Source of the DNA: Rebecca billardiae RCC1528
Lineage: Eukaryota > Protista > Haptophyta
DNA: 64,000 nucleotides
NCBI GenBank assembly: GCA_965240325.2
Contig: OZ251235.1
Span: forward strand, 930,001-994,000
Direction of reading: 5' to 3'
Under the pieces are notes generated by a model. That model saw only the letters and a program-made list of their open reading frames with translations. It was not told where the DNA came from and did not search any database. The first letter of the stretch is position 1; every line of letters starts with the position of its first letter. Below, one piece after another: positions 11,236-22,759 of this stretch. A program made the translations under genes and the position numbers.

Positions 11236-12465
11236 TCATGCCCCGGGCGCGTGCTCGCGCAGCTTGGCACACAGCGCCTCCGCCTCCGACGTGCCCTTGA
11301 GCAGAAAGGAGTACTTGGCCGGCTTGCCGTCTGCGTTCTTCAGCGCGTTCACCAGGATCACCTGCAGCCGCTTGCCGACAACCTCCGGCTTGAGCGACGG
11401 CGTGAGCCGCGCGGAGAGCACCGGCCGGCCGAGGCGAGTGGCGCCCTCCGCGTCGGACTGCGGCTCGTTGTCCGCCGTCGACTCGGACACCTCGGGCCGG
11501 AACTCGACGAAGGTCACCGCGTCGTCCTTCATCAGCCGCACGCGCCCGATGCCGACGGCCTTCCACTCCATCACCGCCTTGGAGTGCTCGTCCACGCCCT
11601 TGCGGAACACGGACATCTTGGCGCGCAGCGAGAGCAGCGCGCTGGAGTCGGCGCCGTCGGCATCGCCCACGGCGGGCGCGGGCGCAGCCGGCTTGGCCGC
11701 CGCGGACGCAAACGCTGGCCCAGGCTGCAGGCCGCCACCGCCACCGCCACCGCCACCGCCACCGCCAAAGCTGAGCGTGCCACCGCCGCCGCCGCCGCCG
11801 CCCGAATTCGCGCCAAAGCTGAAGAGCGGGACCGAGCCCGCTGCCCCCGCGGTAGATGACGACGGCATGCGTGCCTGCAGAGCACGCCTGTGATCGAGGT
11901 AGTCCTTCGCCGCCGCCTCCCAGTCACCCTCGGGGCATCGCTGCCACTCGGCACGCAGGAATGCGGCAAAATTGGTGTTGAGCTCGCGAGAGAGGGTGCT
12001 GAAGTCGGCGGCACTGAGCGGCGTGGAGCCCTTCAGCAGAGCACGGAGGCGTGACGTCTCCGTAGCGTCACCGTCGCCGCCTCCGCCGGAGCGCGGCGGC
12101 TGCGCCGTGGGGCCGCCAAACACGGGCGCCGCCGCCTGTCCGCCAAACGGGTTGGACGTGGGTGCGGGCGCGGAAGCACCGAAGGGCGTCCCGCTCAGCA
12201 CACCCGCGGGGGCACCTCCAAGCGCGCCACCACCCGCGCTCGGCGCCGCGAGCTGAATCGAGGCGAACGGGTTGGCGGCCTTTGCCGGCCCGTCGCCACC
12301 TTTGCCGCCGGCAGGCCGCTTGAACGACCTGATTTTGCGCTCGGCCAGGGTGGCGTCGTCGGCCTTGGCGAATCCGCCGAAGGTCGGCGTGTCAGCGCCC
12401 CCATCCTCCTCCTCCTCGTCTTGGTTCAGCTGCGTGAGCTGCTTGTCCGCGCCCCGCTTGCTCAT
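11236..12465 (-). CDS. NUP50: NUP50/Nup2-like nucleoporin
   Basis: N-terminal MSKRGADKQLTQLN..FAKADDATLAERKI; FG repeats (PFG, FSFG, LSFG); LNTNF..W..DYLDH middle motif; C-terminal RanBD/PH fold (WKAVGIGRVRL). Confidence 0.85.
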   Translation of the reverse strand: MSKRGADKQLTQLNQDEEEEDGGADTPTFGGFAKADDATLAERKIRSFKRPAGGKGGDGPAKAANPFASIQLAAPSAGGGALGGAPAGVLSGTPFGASAPAPTSNPFGGQAAAPVFGGPTAQPPRSGGGGDGDATETSRLRALLKGSTPLSAADFSTLSRELNTNFAAFLRAEWQRCPEGDWEAAAKDYLDHRRALQARMPSSSTAGAAGSVPLFSFGANSGGGGGGGGTLSFGGGGGGGGGGGGLQPGPAFASAAAKPAAPAPAVGDADGADSSALLSLRAKMSVFRKGVDEHSKAVMEWKAVGIGRVRLMKDDAVTFVEFRPEVSESTADNEPQSDAEGATRLGRPVLSARLTPSLKPEVVGKRLQVILVNALKNADGKPAKYSFLLKGTSEAEALCAKLREHAPGA

Positions 12466-12624
12466 CGGCGCGCGCGACGCCCTCGCGCGTGTGTCGTCGT
12501 CGCGGAAGCCCTGAGTCGCTGACGCGCGCTGGCTCACGCGTCCGGGTGGCCACAGTGGCAGTGCCGGAGTGTCCCACCGCGCGGCGCACCCAGGACCGAG
12601 CTGGGCGGGCAAGGCAAGGGCACG

Positions 12625-13749
12625 ATGGAAGTGGCCGCCGTCGTTCGACGTGGGTGGGCCATGGTGTTGTTCGCGGCGACACTGGTGACGATGGGATGCC
12701 TCGCTGGGCTCCATGGTGTGCCTCACACGTCCACATCCACCGCTGGGTCGAGCGAGCTCGCGGCGGACGCGGCAGCAAGCGCATCGAACAACACCCTGGG
12801 CAAGGGCGACATGCCACCGGGCGTGTACGCGTGCGTGGGCACTGTGGGCAGCGACAGCGCCTGGCGCGCGGGCCAGGGCGGCTGCTCGGCACCGAGCTCG
12901 GACTGGGACCGCACGCAGCGCCGATATCTGCTCGTCGTGCCTCCACGGCCTCAACGTCCGGCACCACTCGTGCTGCTCGCGCCAGGGTCGGATTGCGATC
13001 CATCGTGGGAGCTCGAGATCACCGAGCTGACGCCGCTCGCGGCCAAGCATGGCTTTGCAGCCGTCGTGCTGCAGGGCGAAGAGGACAGCCTGAACGTCGC
13101 CAAGGAAGCCATGCCAGGCGACGGCGCTGACGATGTCGCGTTCACGCTCGCCGCCGCGCGGCATGCGCACACGCTCCTGCCCGGAGGCGTCGATCCGCGC
13201 AGAGTCTTCTGCACAGGCCACTCGCGCGGCGCGCGCTTCTGCTCGATGCTCGGCGCGCGCCTGCCCGCCCTGGTCGCAGCCATTGCGCCGCACTCCGGCC
13301 TGCGCTTCCCGCTCGCGCCCCATGGCACGCGCCCGGTGCCCGTGCTCGCCTTCCACGGCCTGGCTGACACGGTCAACCCGTTCTACGGCGGCGGGGCGGA
13401 GTACTGGAACACGAGCGTGCCGGACGCGGTGCAGAGGTGGGCGGCGTTCAATCGGTGCAACGGGACGGCCACGACGCGCCTCGATCACGGCGTCTCGCTC
13501 GAGGTGCACAGCGGGTGCCTGGACGGCGCAGATGTGCAGCTGTACACTTCGGACGGCGCTGGGCACACCTGGTTTGGCCAGCCGTGGAAGTACATGTTCA
13601 CCTGCAGCGTGGGGCGCATAGTTAGCCACCCGAAGGCATCGCCTCTGCTCTGGCGCTTCTTCGAGGAGCACCCGCTCCCACTCGAGTACGCCCCCGAGGC
13701 GTCGGCGCTCCTGAACGGCCCCGAGACCCTTCCAGTTCCAGTAGGATGA
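12625..13749 (+). CDS. Secreted LpqC/PHB-depolymerase-family (CE1-like) esterase
   Basis: Signal/anchor; DDVAF, VDPRRVFCTGHSRG nucleophile motif, PVPVLAFHGLADTVNP, GAGHTW. Confidence 0.85.
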   Translation: MEVAAVVRRGWAMVLFAATLVTMGCLAGLHGVPHTSTSTAGSSELAADAAASASNNTLGKGDMPPGVYACVGTVGSDSAWRAGQGGCSAPSSDWDRTQRRYLLVVPPRPQRPAPLVLLAPGSDCDPSWELEITELTPLAAKHGFAAVVLQGEEDSLNVAKEAMPGDGADDVAFTLAAARHAHTLLPGGVDPRRVFCTGHSRGARFCSMLGARLPALVAAIAPHSGLRFPLAPHGTRPVPVLAFHGLADTVNPFYGGGAEYWNTSVPDAVQRWAAFNRCNGTATTRLDHGVSLEVHSGCLDGADVQLYTSDGAGHTWFGQPWKYMFTCSVGRIVSHPKASPLLWRFFEEHPLPLEYAPEASALLNGPETLPVPVG

Positions 13750-14016
13750 CAAGTGAGTCTTTTACGGCCACCATTCGCGGACTCGCCGGCAGTGAGAGGC
13801 TGCTGTGCGCGCCACCAACTACGACTACTACGACGGACGATGAAATCGCGCCGCGGCGGCATCATATCATCGACGATCATTCATCAACGGGCCGCCGCTG
13901 CGCTGCCGTGCGTCGTAGCCAGTACTAGCCTACTCTGACTAAAGCTGTAGGCTTCGTATATTATTATTATTATTATAAACTCTCGACTATTTCAATAATC
14001 ATCGTCCCCTTTTTAA

Positions 14017-14050
14017 TATATATATGTGCATATATATATATATATATATT
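14017..14050. repeat. (TA)n microsatellite
   Basis: Directly visible. Confidence 0.85.
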
Positions 14051-14407
14051 ATAATAATAACGGGCTCCGGGTGATCATGCAGACAATCCGGCGGCCGAAG
14101 CCTCCAGCCCTACCCTCGGGCTACCCTGGCCAGCCCCCAACCAACCGCACCACCCCCGCACCCGCATTACCCAACCTCCGTTGAACGGTAAAGCGCCAGC
14201 GGTAAGTATTTAAGTATATTAAACCGCACCCGGACCGAGACACTGCTTATTCGGCCCTGCCGCCCCGGCACCACTCCGACTGCGGACAGCCCGCCCGTCC
14301 AGAGTCCAGAGGCAGAGGCAGAGGGGCGGGGGTATGCCATTGCCAACAGCATAGTAGTACATGATACATAGTTTAAAATACTAAGGGGTTAATTAAGCCA
14401 CTTTAAA

Positions 14408-14465
14408 GCGGGCGTCAATCTCGCCTGCCTGAGCTGTGTGCGTCTCTTATTCTTAGTAAACTGTA
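14408..14465 (-). repeat. Short one-ended element, family X, copy 2 (ends 8 bp before the esterase ATG)
   Basis: 58 bp identical (reverse complement) to 22463-22520. Confidence 0.9.
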
Positions 14466-14473
14466 CAGCATCC

Positions 14474-15454
14474 ATGGCGGCGTCCGACTCCGACGGCGAC
14501 GCGGCGTCGTACCTGCCGATCGCTCGTGCCCGTCGGCATGCGTTGCAGCTTCCGGCGGAGTTGGGCCCGCCCGCGCTGCCCACACTCGACCTCGACCTCT
14601 ACCTCGCGCCCGCGCCCGCGGGGTCGCTCGACGACGATCGTGCCCAGATCGTCCTTTACGTTTTGGACCCGGCGCCGTGTCTCTTTGGCATGGCGGCGCT
14701 CTTCGTGTACTCGCAGGCCGGTTACTTTGGCTCAGATGAGGGGTGCGCCGAGGGGCAGTTCTCCCGGACGCACGTGGTTGGCGTCGGCCACGCAGGTAGT
14801 AGCTTTGAGCTGAGCGCAGACGGCTGGAACAACACCGCGCTGCGTGACATGCGCCGCAGGGACTTCCCTCCACGGACACACCCTGCGCACGGCCCCGAGC
14901 GCGTGCCAAACGCGCACGCCGCCCGACTTGCTGCAGCGCTCTCTGATGTGGTGGCGCCGAAGGCCGAGGCGCTCCTTGGGCTACCCCCGGGCCAGTCGGG
15001 GCGCCCCGTGCGCCGCTGCGTGCTGGGCGCATCCTACAGCGCGGTCCTTGCATTGCAGGCACTCATGCTTCGGCCTCAGGGCTTCACCGATCTCATACTT
15101 GGGAGCCCGTCGATCCCGTTCGATCCGGAGCTTCTCGACGATCTTCGCAGCCTCGACGCACCGCGGCTCGACGCAGTCGGCGCGTGCATCATCGTCGGTG
15201 CGCGAGAGCGGCTTGGCAGCGCCCTCGCAGCCAATGTTGGCACAAAGGCAATGCCGACGATCCCCGAGCTCGCGCCGTCGCTGGCGACGGCGCTGCGCGA
15301 CAGAGGCGCGGAGGTGGACGGGCCGCACGAGATTGATGGCGAGGACCATTGCTCGGCGAAGCTGCCCCTCGTCAGCCGTGGGCTCACGTGGCTCGTGCAA
15401 CGGTCCCACGATAGTGACAAGGCCGCCTCGGCAGCTGCGGTGCCCAGCGCATAA
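14474..15454 (+). CDS. Alpha/beta-hydrolase, IroE/Fes-like putative esterase
   Basis: VLYVLD, VVGVGH, RRRDF, GASYSA, ILGSPS, GEDH motifs. Confidence 0.8.
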   Translation: MAASDSDGDAASYLPIARARRHALQLPAELGPPALPTLDLDLYLAPAPAGSLDDDRAQIVLYVLDPAPCLFGMAALFVYSQAGYFGSDEGCAEGQFSRTHVVGVGHAGSSFELSADGWNNTALRDMRRRDFPPRTHPAHGPERVPNAHAARLAAALSDVVAPKAEALLGLPPGQSGRPVRRCVLGASYSAVLALQALMLRPQGFTDLILGSPSIPFDPELLDDLRSLDAPRLDAVGACIIVGARERLGSALAANVGTKAMPTIPELAPSLATALRDRGAEVDGPHEIDGEDHCSAKLPLVSRGLTWLVQRSHDSDKAASAAAVPSA

Positions 15455-16774
15455 TTCAGGATTCTGATGTACTGATGGTCAGTGACACTGCTGATAGTGA
15501 CAGTATACATATTAGTTAAGCGTCCAACCGGTATACAACATATAAGAAGCTTGCGAGCTCTACAGGTATCTTATTGCTTCATTGTCACCGTCTTCACATC
15601 AATCACATCTGATTCTGGGCTTCTGGCTACAGGCTCAGTACAGGCTAGCGTCGCCGCTCGCGGTTGCCAGCCCGGCGCGGCTCGGGCCCAGCCCGCCCGT
15701 TTGTAGTCGTCGTCATCAGACTAGATTTAAAGACATCACATGCACGAGGGCGCAGCTCTCCTGATTCGTCTGTCGTGGTACTGGTCGAAGCTTGCACTCA
15801 GTGGCAGTGCTGGTGTTACTCTGAGCACGTTGATGTTGGTCGCCACTGGGGTGGATGTTGTTGTCCGTTGTCGTCGTCGACGTAGTCGGTCAGGCCCGCC
15901 AGGAAGTGCAGCATGGGAGTACCACTGAATCAAAGGCGGGTGAGCATGTTGGTCGGTCGGCAAGGGCGTCCCCTACTCTCTACTTCAGGGTACAGTCGAG
16001 TTCGCCCGCCAGTGTAAGCTAACTAGAGTCTATTAAGCAGCGTACGTACACTCGCTCTGTCACTCACACAGCAGCGGAATAATAACATTATAATAATATT
16101 ATTAAAGACTAATTTAGTAGTCAATTTTTGAACGGTAGTTACCGAAAAGCGGAATCCTCTCCGAAGTCTTACGGTAACGGTTACGCCTTACGGTAACGTC
16201 GGTAACCGATTACCGGAGTAGCAGCTACCGATTCGAGTACCGATGTAGCTTAGTAACGTCGTAGTATACTTCGACGATATACTACGTGTATTAATAAACA
16301 GGCTCACTGCGAGTGGCTCAGCAGGCACCGTAGCTAATCCGTATCATATTCCGCCACTCAGATCGAATTGATTATTGAATACTCGACGGTACAGTCCCGC
16401 GCCGGAAGTCTGATCCATCACATCATCCGATTATATTGTTTCAACAGTCAGCCGATCGAGTGGCACTTATGGCTAGCCGATCCGCGCGGCCCGGCGGGCG
16501 GCCGGACGTCCTGTGCCACTGCCTGCTGCCCGTGCAGGCACCGCCCGTGGTGCCACAGTTTACTCGGGCGGGTCTCATGCCGTCTGGGCGCCGCCGGTCA
16601 CGGCGGGGCGGCGAGCGGCGCCCATCGACCGCGTGATCAGACATCGCCACTCCGATGAGGGCGTAGTCGGACTGCACATGGCAATGCCGTGCACACAGCC
16701 GTGACCAGGGCTGAATGCAGTTGTCAGAAGGCCGTGATCGAGGCTTCTGCTCCAGGCTTGATGCACGCTCATTG

Positions 16775-17131
16775 TTATGGAGACAGTGGTACTTGGGCGA
16801 CCAGGATGTCCCCCTCAGATGCGCCGTAAGGAACGATTGCTGCCATCTCCCTACCATCGGGGATACTGAAGGCGACCTCGTCACCCGCGCACGTTCCCGT
16901 CGGCAGCGGCACCTGCACCTCCACAGATTCGGCGTCGGACAGCGAGGATGCTGACGATCGCAGGACCGCGCCCTGCCCGAGTGGCACGTTCATCAGGAAG
17001 TGGTCGCCTTCTTGTAGACCAGAGGGCACCGCGACAGCGACTTGTCGTCCATCGGGGAGCACGACCCCCAACATCTCACCGGGGCGCACGCCCAGCGGCA
17101 CTTCGATATCCACATCGACAGCGTGAACCAT
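16775..17131 (-). CDS. Small protein of four V-x-V-P-x-G repeats, unknown function
   Basis: IEVPLGVRPGE, VAVPSGLQEGD, VPLPTGTCAGD, IVPYGASEGD. Confidence 0.65.
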   Translation of the reverse strand: MVHAVDVDIEVPLGVRPGEMLGVVLPDGRQVAVAVPSGLQEGDHFLMNVPLGQGAVLRSSASSLSDAESVEVQVPLPTGTCAGDEVAFSIPDGREMAAIVPYGASEGDILVAQVPLSP

Positions 17132-17293
17132 TCCACCAAGCCGGAAGGGGAGCCTCCTTCGTTTTTGCAATTTTGCCGGCTCTTCCGCTGGTTCCTCACG
17201 CCGGCAGCGCGGGCGGCGGCGGCCGGCGGCCTGGAAGGGCGGGAATCTTACGTGCATCTGAGAGCGGGAGGACCGGCGGACGGATATGTCGGT

Positions 17294-17337
17294 TACAGTT
17301 TACAATGTTTTAACGTGCACACTTGGTTAAGGCGTGA
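17294..17337 (+). repeat. Short one-ended element, family Y, copy 1
   Basis: tacagtttacaatgttttaacgtgcacacttggttaaggcgtga; 2 mismatches to 22612-22655. Confidence 0.9.
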
Positions 17338-17929
17338 TTAGGGGAGAGAGGGCGTATTATAGTCGGATTCTCTCCCCCATGTCGGTTCGCGCCTAGCTTT
17401 GACACTCGCGATGATGAACAGATGTTGCCTGCGTCGTCATATGACACCATTATCCCGTTATTTACCGTTACGCGCTGCGGAGGTGTCCGGTCGTTGTCAT
17501 TATAGGTTCATCGTTGTTTGCGTACTACTGTTAAATACTTGACGGTTCTACTTAACCGTAAACCTATAGTTTTATGTTTAAGCATGCCGAAATCATTCAT
17601 CGAATGAACGATTTGGCGTCCCAAATACCAGAATCTAGTCTGAGTGACTTATGGAGTAACATGCGGCGAAGTTACGGTGAGTACTTCACCCACAAGGCAC
17701 GATGAACCATACTCATAGATGACCGCAGCGGTATTTATCTCGGCCTTACCTCGCATATTGTCTTTGCACACGAGCCTGAAATTACCGCGCTTGGACTCTT
17801 TGGAGTGCATTAGTAATCAGAGTTAACGACGCACACCCTCATCACAAACATCAAACATCTAGCATCCACAGCCCAAGGTCACGGCGACTCCTCCCTCCCA
17901 GGGCGTTGGGGGTTGGTCGGCGCGAGAAG

Positions 17930-20900
17930 ATGCTGCGGCGACACGCGCCGGCGCGCGAACTCGTCCTCATAACAGACCCGGGCCCCGATCCGGATGACGT
18001 CAAGGCGCTCCTGATCGCGGGCACGCTGCACAAGCGCGGCGACATTCAGCTGCGCCTCGTCGTCGCAAACGGTGGCCACCAGGCGCGCGAGCGCGCGAGG
18101 CTCGCGCAGTGCCTGCTCGACGCGATCGGTGTTCGCAGTGTGCCGGTGGCAATCGGGAGCGAGGGCCAGACGGCGTACGAGCCCGTCGCGCACGAGTACC
18201 TGCTCAAGGGCTACGACGCGGTCGATGATGCACGCCTCGAGCCCGACGGGCGCGCGAGCTTGCTTCGGGTGCTCGATGTGGCCGCCAGCAAATCGCTGGT
18301 GATCGTGTGCATCTCGTCGCTGCGCGACCTCGCGGACGTGATTGGGGCGCAGCCCGCGCTTGTCCTGGACAGGGTCGCGCGCGTCGCGGTCCAGGCCGGC
18401 CTCGACTTCGACGAGGCTTCCTCGCGTTGGGTGCCGGACACGTCCGTCAACAACGGCTTCGACCCGGACGCTGCCGCGGCCGTGTACGACTTCTGCTTCG
18501 GGAATGGGCTGCCGCTGACGGTGGTGTCACGGCACGCGGTCCCGCTGCTGCCGATGCAGCTCGCGCGCTCGTTCGCCGAGCGCACCGCCTCGCCCGTCAT
18601 GGCCTACCTCGCCAACGCGCAGTTCCTCGGCCTCCGCGGCCTCTGGCGCAAGCTGTGCGACGGCAAGCTGCCCGCGCGCTGCACCAAGCAGTGGTACTTC
18701 GAGACGTTCTGCGGCGTGGACGCGGCGCGCTTTGCTGCGCAGGGCTTCGAGACGCTCGACGCCACCGCGGACATCCTCCCGCACCTCAACGGCTACGTCA
18801 AGCCGTACGACGTGTGCGCGCTGATGGCCGTGCTGCCGCACAAGCCGGGAGAGGCGTTCGACGCGTGCGCGGTCGCGCCGCCGCGGCTCGCGCCCGGGCA
18901 GCCCGCGGCGGCGCACCGGCTGCACCTCGCTGCTGAGCACGGGATCGACGTGACGCACGTGACGCGGCTCCTCCGCCACGTGTACCACGACATCGTCCTC
19001 GCCACCGTCCCACCGTCAACGGTCAACCCGCGGCTGGGATTCGTGCGCCGCTCGGACCGCTCCGAGCTGCTCCACTCGGCCGAAGACCCGAGCCTGCTGC
19101 AGTGCGTGGACGAGCAGGAGCGGCTCAAGTCGTGGAAGGAGCCGCGACGCGCGGCCTCGGAGAACCCGGGCGCCACGAGTGCCGCGGGGCATGCCCTGCT
19201 CGACGCGCCGCAGATCATCGAGCTCTTCCACCGCAGCCTCGAGCTGACGGGCGCGCAGCTGCAGCACTCGTCGCGCGTCGCGGCGTGTATGGGCATCCTC
19301 TTCTTCATGGGCGCGGCGGCGACGGTGTTCTGGGCGTTCGACACGGAGCCGCCGCCGGGCGCGGGCCGCGCGCACTTCGCGACGCGCAAGCTTGTCGGCG
19401 AAGCCGCCTTCGACATCGCCGACCTCGCCATCGCGGTCGGCGTGCTCGCCCTCCAGCCGGTCGCGTCGCACCGGCGCGCGACGACCGCGACCGCTGCCGC
19501 GATCGTCGCCGCGTCGCTCCTCTTCGCCGTGCCGGCCGTGCCGCAGGCGGCGGAGGCGCTGCGCACGTGGGAGGACGACGACGCGGTGCGGCCGGCTCCC
19601 CGCGCCTGCGACGAGGTGAGCAGCCCCGCCGCATGGCGCCTCGCCCACGGCGTGTGGCTCGCGCAGTCGGTGCTTGCTTACTTTTGCTTCGATCTGTGGC
19701 TCGCGCGCGTCTGGCTCATGACGCGGCGGCACCCGAGCGGCTGGGCGCAGACTGTGCGCGTGCGCGCGCTCTGGTCGGCGTGCATGGTCAACCTCGCGCT
19801 GCAGTCGTGCACGCGCGCGCTGCTCTCGAGCACGCGCTGCGCGAACGCCGTCCTGCTGAACGCCGAGCCCGCCCCGGCCTTCCTGCTCCCTGCTCTCCTC
19901 AGCATGCACGGCGCGGCGGTGCTGCTGTACGCCGCGCTGCTTGCGCCGGGTGGGCGGCTGCGCGCCAAGGCGCTCCTGATGCGGCTGGGCCGCGGCCGGC
20001 CGTCGGCGCGCCGGGTGCACGCGGAGGCGCCGCTCGCGCCGCTGATTGGCTACGGCTCGCTCGTCGCGCTCGAGCCGTCCCGCCTCGTGCCCGAGGCGCT
20101 CCGTGGCATGCGCGCCGCCACACTCGGGCCGCGCACGGTGCGCGCGCTCACGCTCGATGCAGGTGAGCAGTCGACGCCGCAGGCAGGCCGCCGCGGGCGC
20201 GCGGGAGCGGGCGCGGGCGGCGCGGCCTCTTCGCCCGGCGTCACGGGCGGCAAGCTGGGCTCTCCGCACCCGCGCGCCGCGCTCGCCCAGCTCTGCCACC
20301 GCAGCAGCAGCGCCGTCGCGCCGATCTCGAGCGAGCACAGCATCTGTGCGGACGCGCCGAGTGCAAAGGGGGGCAGCGGCAGCGGCGCCGCCCCGGGCCC
20401 GGAGCCGAGCGGCCGCCGCGGCAGCTCAGCCACCCAGAGCAGCCGCAGCAGCTGCAGCCTCTGCTCGAGCAGCCGCAGCAGCAAGCCTTCGAGCCTCAGC
20501 GGCGGCAGCGCCGTGAGCCACAGCGCCGGCGGCAGCACTACCGCCACCACCACGGCCACGACCACTGTCACTGCGATCAGCCCCAGCGGCCGCGCCAAGC
20601 CCGAGGCTAGCCCGAGCAGCCTCGGCGGCAGCAGCGCCCTCTGGATGGGCCGGAGCAGCAGCCGCGGCAGCCCGCTCGGCCCGCCGCCGCTCAGCCGCCC
20701 AGGCAACTCGTCCTTCCTCTCTGACGCGAGCACGCCGCGCTCCGCAGACGGCGGCAGCTCAGTGCGCACGCGCTTCCGGCAGAGGCTGAGCCGGCGCAGC
20801 GTGCGTGCGCCGCCCAGGCGGAGCTCCAGCGAGCAGCTCTCGACCACCATCGTCGACATCGATCACGACCGCGCGCTCACTCCCGATTCTTTCGACGTCT

Positions 20901-21479
20901 TCGTGCTCCACTCCGAACGCGACCCGCCCGCCGAGCGTCTGATCGCGCTGAGCGCGTGGGCGCGCGAGTTCCGCGCCGCGCGCGGGCGCTGGCCGCGCGT
21001 GTGGCTCGACTCGCTCTGCGCCGACCCGATCGTCGACCGACGCGAGCGGCTCGCTCACGAGGTCGTGGCCATGTGCCGCGCGCGCACGCTGCTCTGCCTG
21101 GTGGGCGCCAGCTTCGTCGCGCGCCTCGCGTGCATCGGCCGGCTGCTCGCGTGGCGCGCGACGGGCGGCTCACTCGATGACGTCGAGGTCGTGCTGGTCG
21201 GCGCCGACGCCGCCGAGTTCAGCGCGATCGTCGCGGCGGTCGACGCGTTCCACGTCGTGTACGCCGAGCACACCGCGCGGCCGCGCGCGAGCAGCGCGGA
21301 CGACCAGGGCCCTCTCGTCCACGCCATCGAGCTCGCTGGCGCGCGGCGCGTGAATGAGCTCGTGCACAGCCTGCTGCCGCAAGTGCAGCGCGCGGTGCCC
21401 AAGGCGCTGCAGCGCGCGCGCCCGGCGTGGGCGCTCGGCCGCGCGTGGGTGGCGGGCCTCGGCGAGCCCAGCTCCGACA

Positions 21480-21514
<35 letters not shown>

Positions 21515-21790
21515 CCGTTGGGAGCGGACGGTTCTGGTGACAAGCGGTCGCGTCGTCGGTCCTCGTCGTCGCCGACCAAGCAACAGCCGGCCTCCGAGAT
21601 CCACGCACTCCACCAGCCGCTCCAGCTGTCGCGCCGCGTGGGCACACAGCCGCAGCTGCCAGAAGACGAGCCGACATCATCAAGTGCTCGCTGCAGCGGC
21701 GTGTCCCACTGCAGCCTGAGCGCGGCTGCGCTCGATCACAACGGGCACGGCGCACGTGAAACTTCGCCGTTCCCAGCAACTGCAATCTGA
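17930..21790 (+). CDS. Nucleoside-hydrolase-like domain + multi-pass transmembrane region + Ser-rich linker + TIR-like domain
   Basis: LVLITDPGPDPDD..VVAN..VPVAIG..CISSLRD..NNGFDPDAA..YDVCA (IU-NH fold); ~6 hydrophobic helices; FDVFVLHS..RVWLDSLC..LLCLVGASFVARLAC (TIR-like). Confidence 0.8.
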
Positions 21791-22203
21791 TGCGCTGACG
21801 ATTTCGCTTCGCGGCGGCGGCTGCGAGTGCGAGTCGGCAGCGCCGGCCGCCGCGCGCCAAACGCGCAGCCGCACCGGGAAATGAGCTCGCCGAATGGCGG
21901 TGTTGAGTGTACTAACTACATGCTGACGTGTCGCCTGCAGTGCCGTGCAGGCGGCATCGGGCTGATCAGCTGCTCAGTCGGAGTAGCGGCGAAATAAACG
22001 GCTGCCGCCGCTGGTAGTGCAGGTAGTGGTGAGTACTGAACGTAGCCGACGCGGCCGCGGGGCCCCCGGCCGGCCCGCCCGGGATCAGTCATCATAGTTT
22101 CTGCTGATGCGAGAACTGGACGACAGGTCGGAATGACGACTACGATGGATACAGTCGGAATAATGACGACGATGGGTTTCGGATTGCTCTGGGGACTGTA
22201 CTA

Positions 22204-22461
22204 GCTGAGACTGCCAGCTGACATCCGGACCTGCACCTTCGCCCTTGCTCGGGGCACAGCAGGTCCGCATGCGAGCTGACCGCGCAGCGGCAGGTGGATC
22301 GCGCTTCAGCAGCTCAGTCAAGGCCGCGCTCAAGCTTTACGATCGCGGTGCAGGCTATGCTCTGCCACCAGCGCCGACTTCGTGTCGACGATCGGGCACT
22401 GCCGCCGACGAATCAGGAGACCCGCGTCGTCCTACCTGTGTCGTTAAATCATAGAATGAGT
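22204..22461 (-). mobile_element. One-ended element, family Z (~260 bp), copy 1
   Basis: Reverse-complement near-identical to 47393-47650; terminal motif ACTCATTCTATGATTTAACGACAC at 22461-22438. Confidence 0.9.
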
Positions 22462-22462
22462 A

Positions 22463-22520
22463 TACAGTTTACTAAGAATAAGAGACGCACACAGCTCAGG
22501 CAGGCGAGATTGACGCCCGC
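22463..22520 (+). repeat. Short one-ended element, family X, copy 3, abutting the family Z terminus
   Basis: tacagtttactaagaataagagacgcacacagctcaggcaggcgagattgacgcccgc. Confidence 0.9.
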
Positions 22521-22611
22521 CAACTGTCACCGCCCATGAAGCCGTCGCCGATGGTAGCATCCATAGTACGAGTCGACAGCCTAAAAAAGACTGCATCAGG
22601 ATCAAGGGCGG

Positions 22612-22655
22612 TACAGTTTACTATGATTTAACGTGCACACTTGGTTAAGGCGTGA
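22612..22655 (+). repeat. Short one-ended element, family Y, copy 2
   Basis: tacagtttactatgatttaacgtgcacacttggttaaggcgtga. Confidence 0.9.
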
Positions 22656-22759
22656 CAGTAGCCCTTGTAGGATCAAGCCCTTGCAAGGATGCACCCGGGC
22701 AGGTGGTGAGCAGGCGGCGAGCTGCCGGCCTACCGGTACGGCGCCCGCCCCCGCCGGCG

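Noticed and set aside
12466-13752. 838-aa ORF 11236..13752 as a single protein
   Set aside because: The N-terminal half is the antisense shadow of the esterase; NUP50 motifs start at ATG 12465
16130-16220. ACGGTAAC-type short repeats (similar at 41258-41300)
   Set aside because: Too short and degenerate to define an element; treated as low-complexity intergenic DNA
17340-17870. Lower-GC segment as a Copia integrase fragment or RNA gene
   Set aside because: Only a weak ILIDD resemblance, multiple stops, and no tRNA/rRNA/snRNA signature
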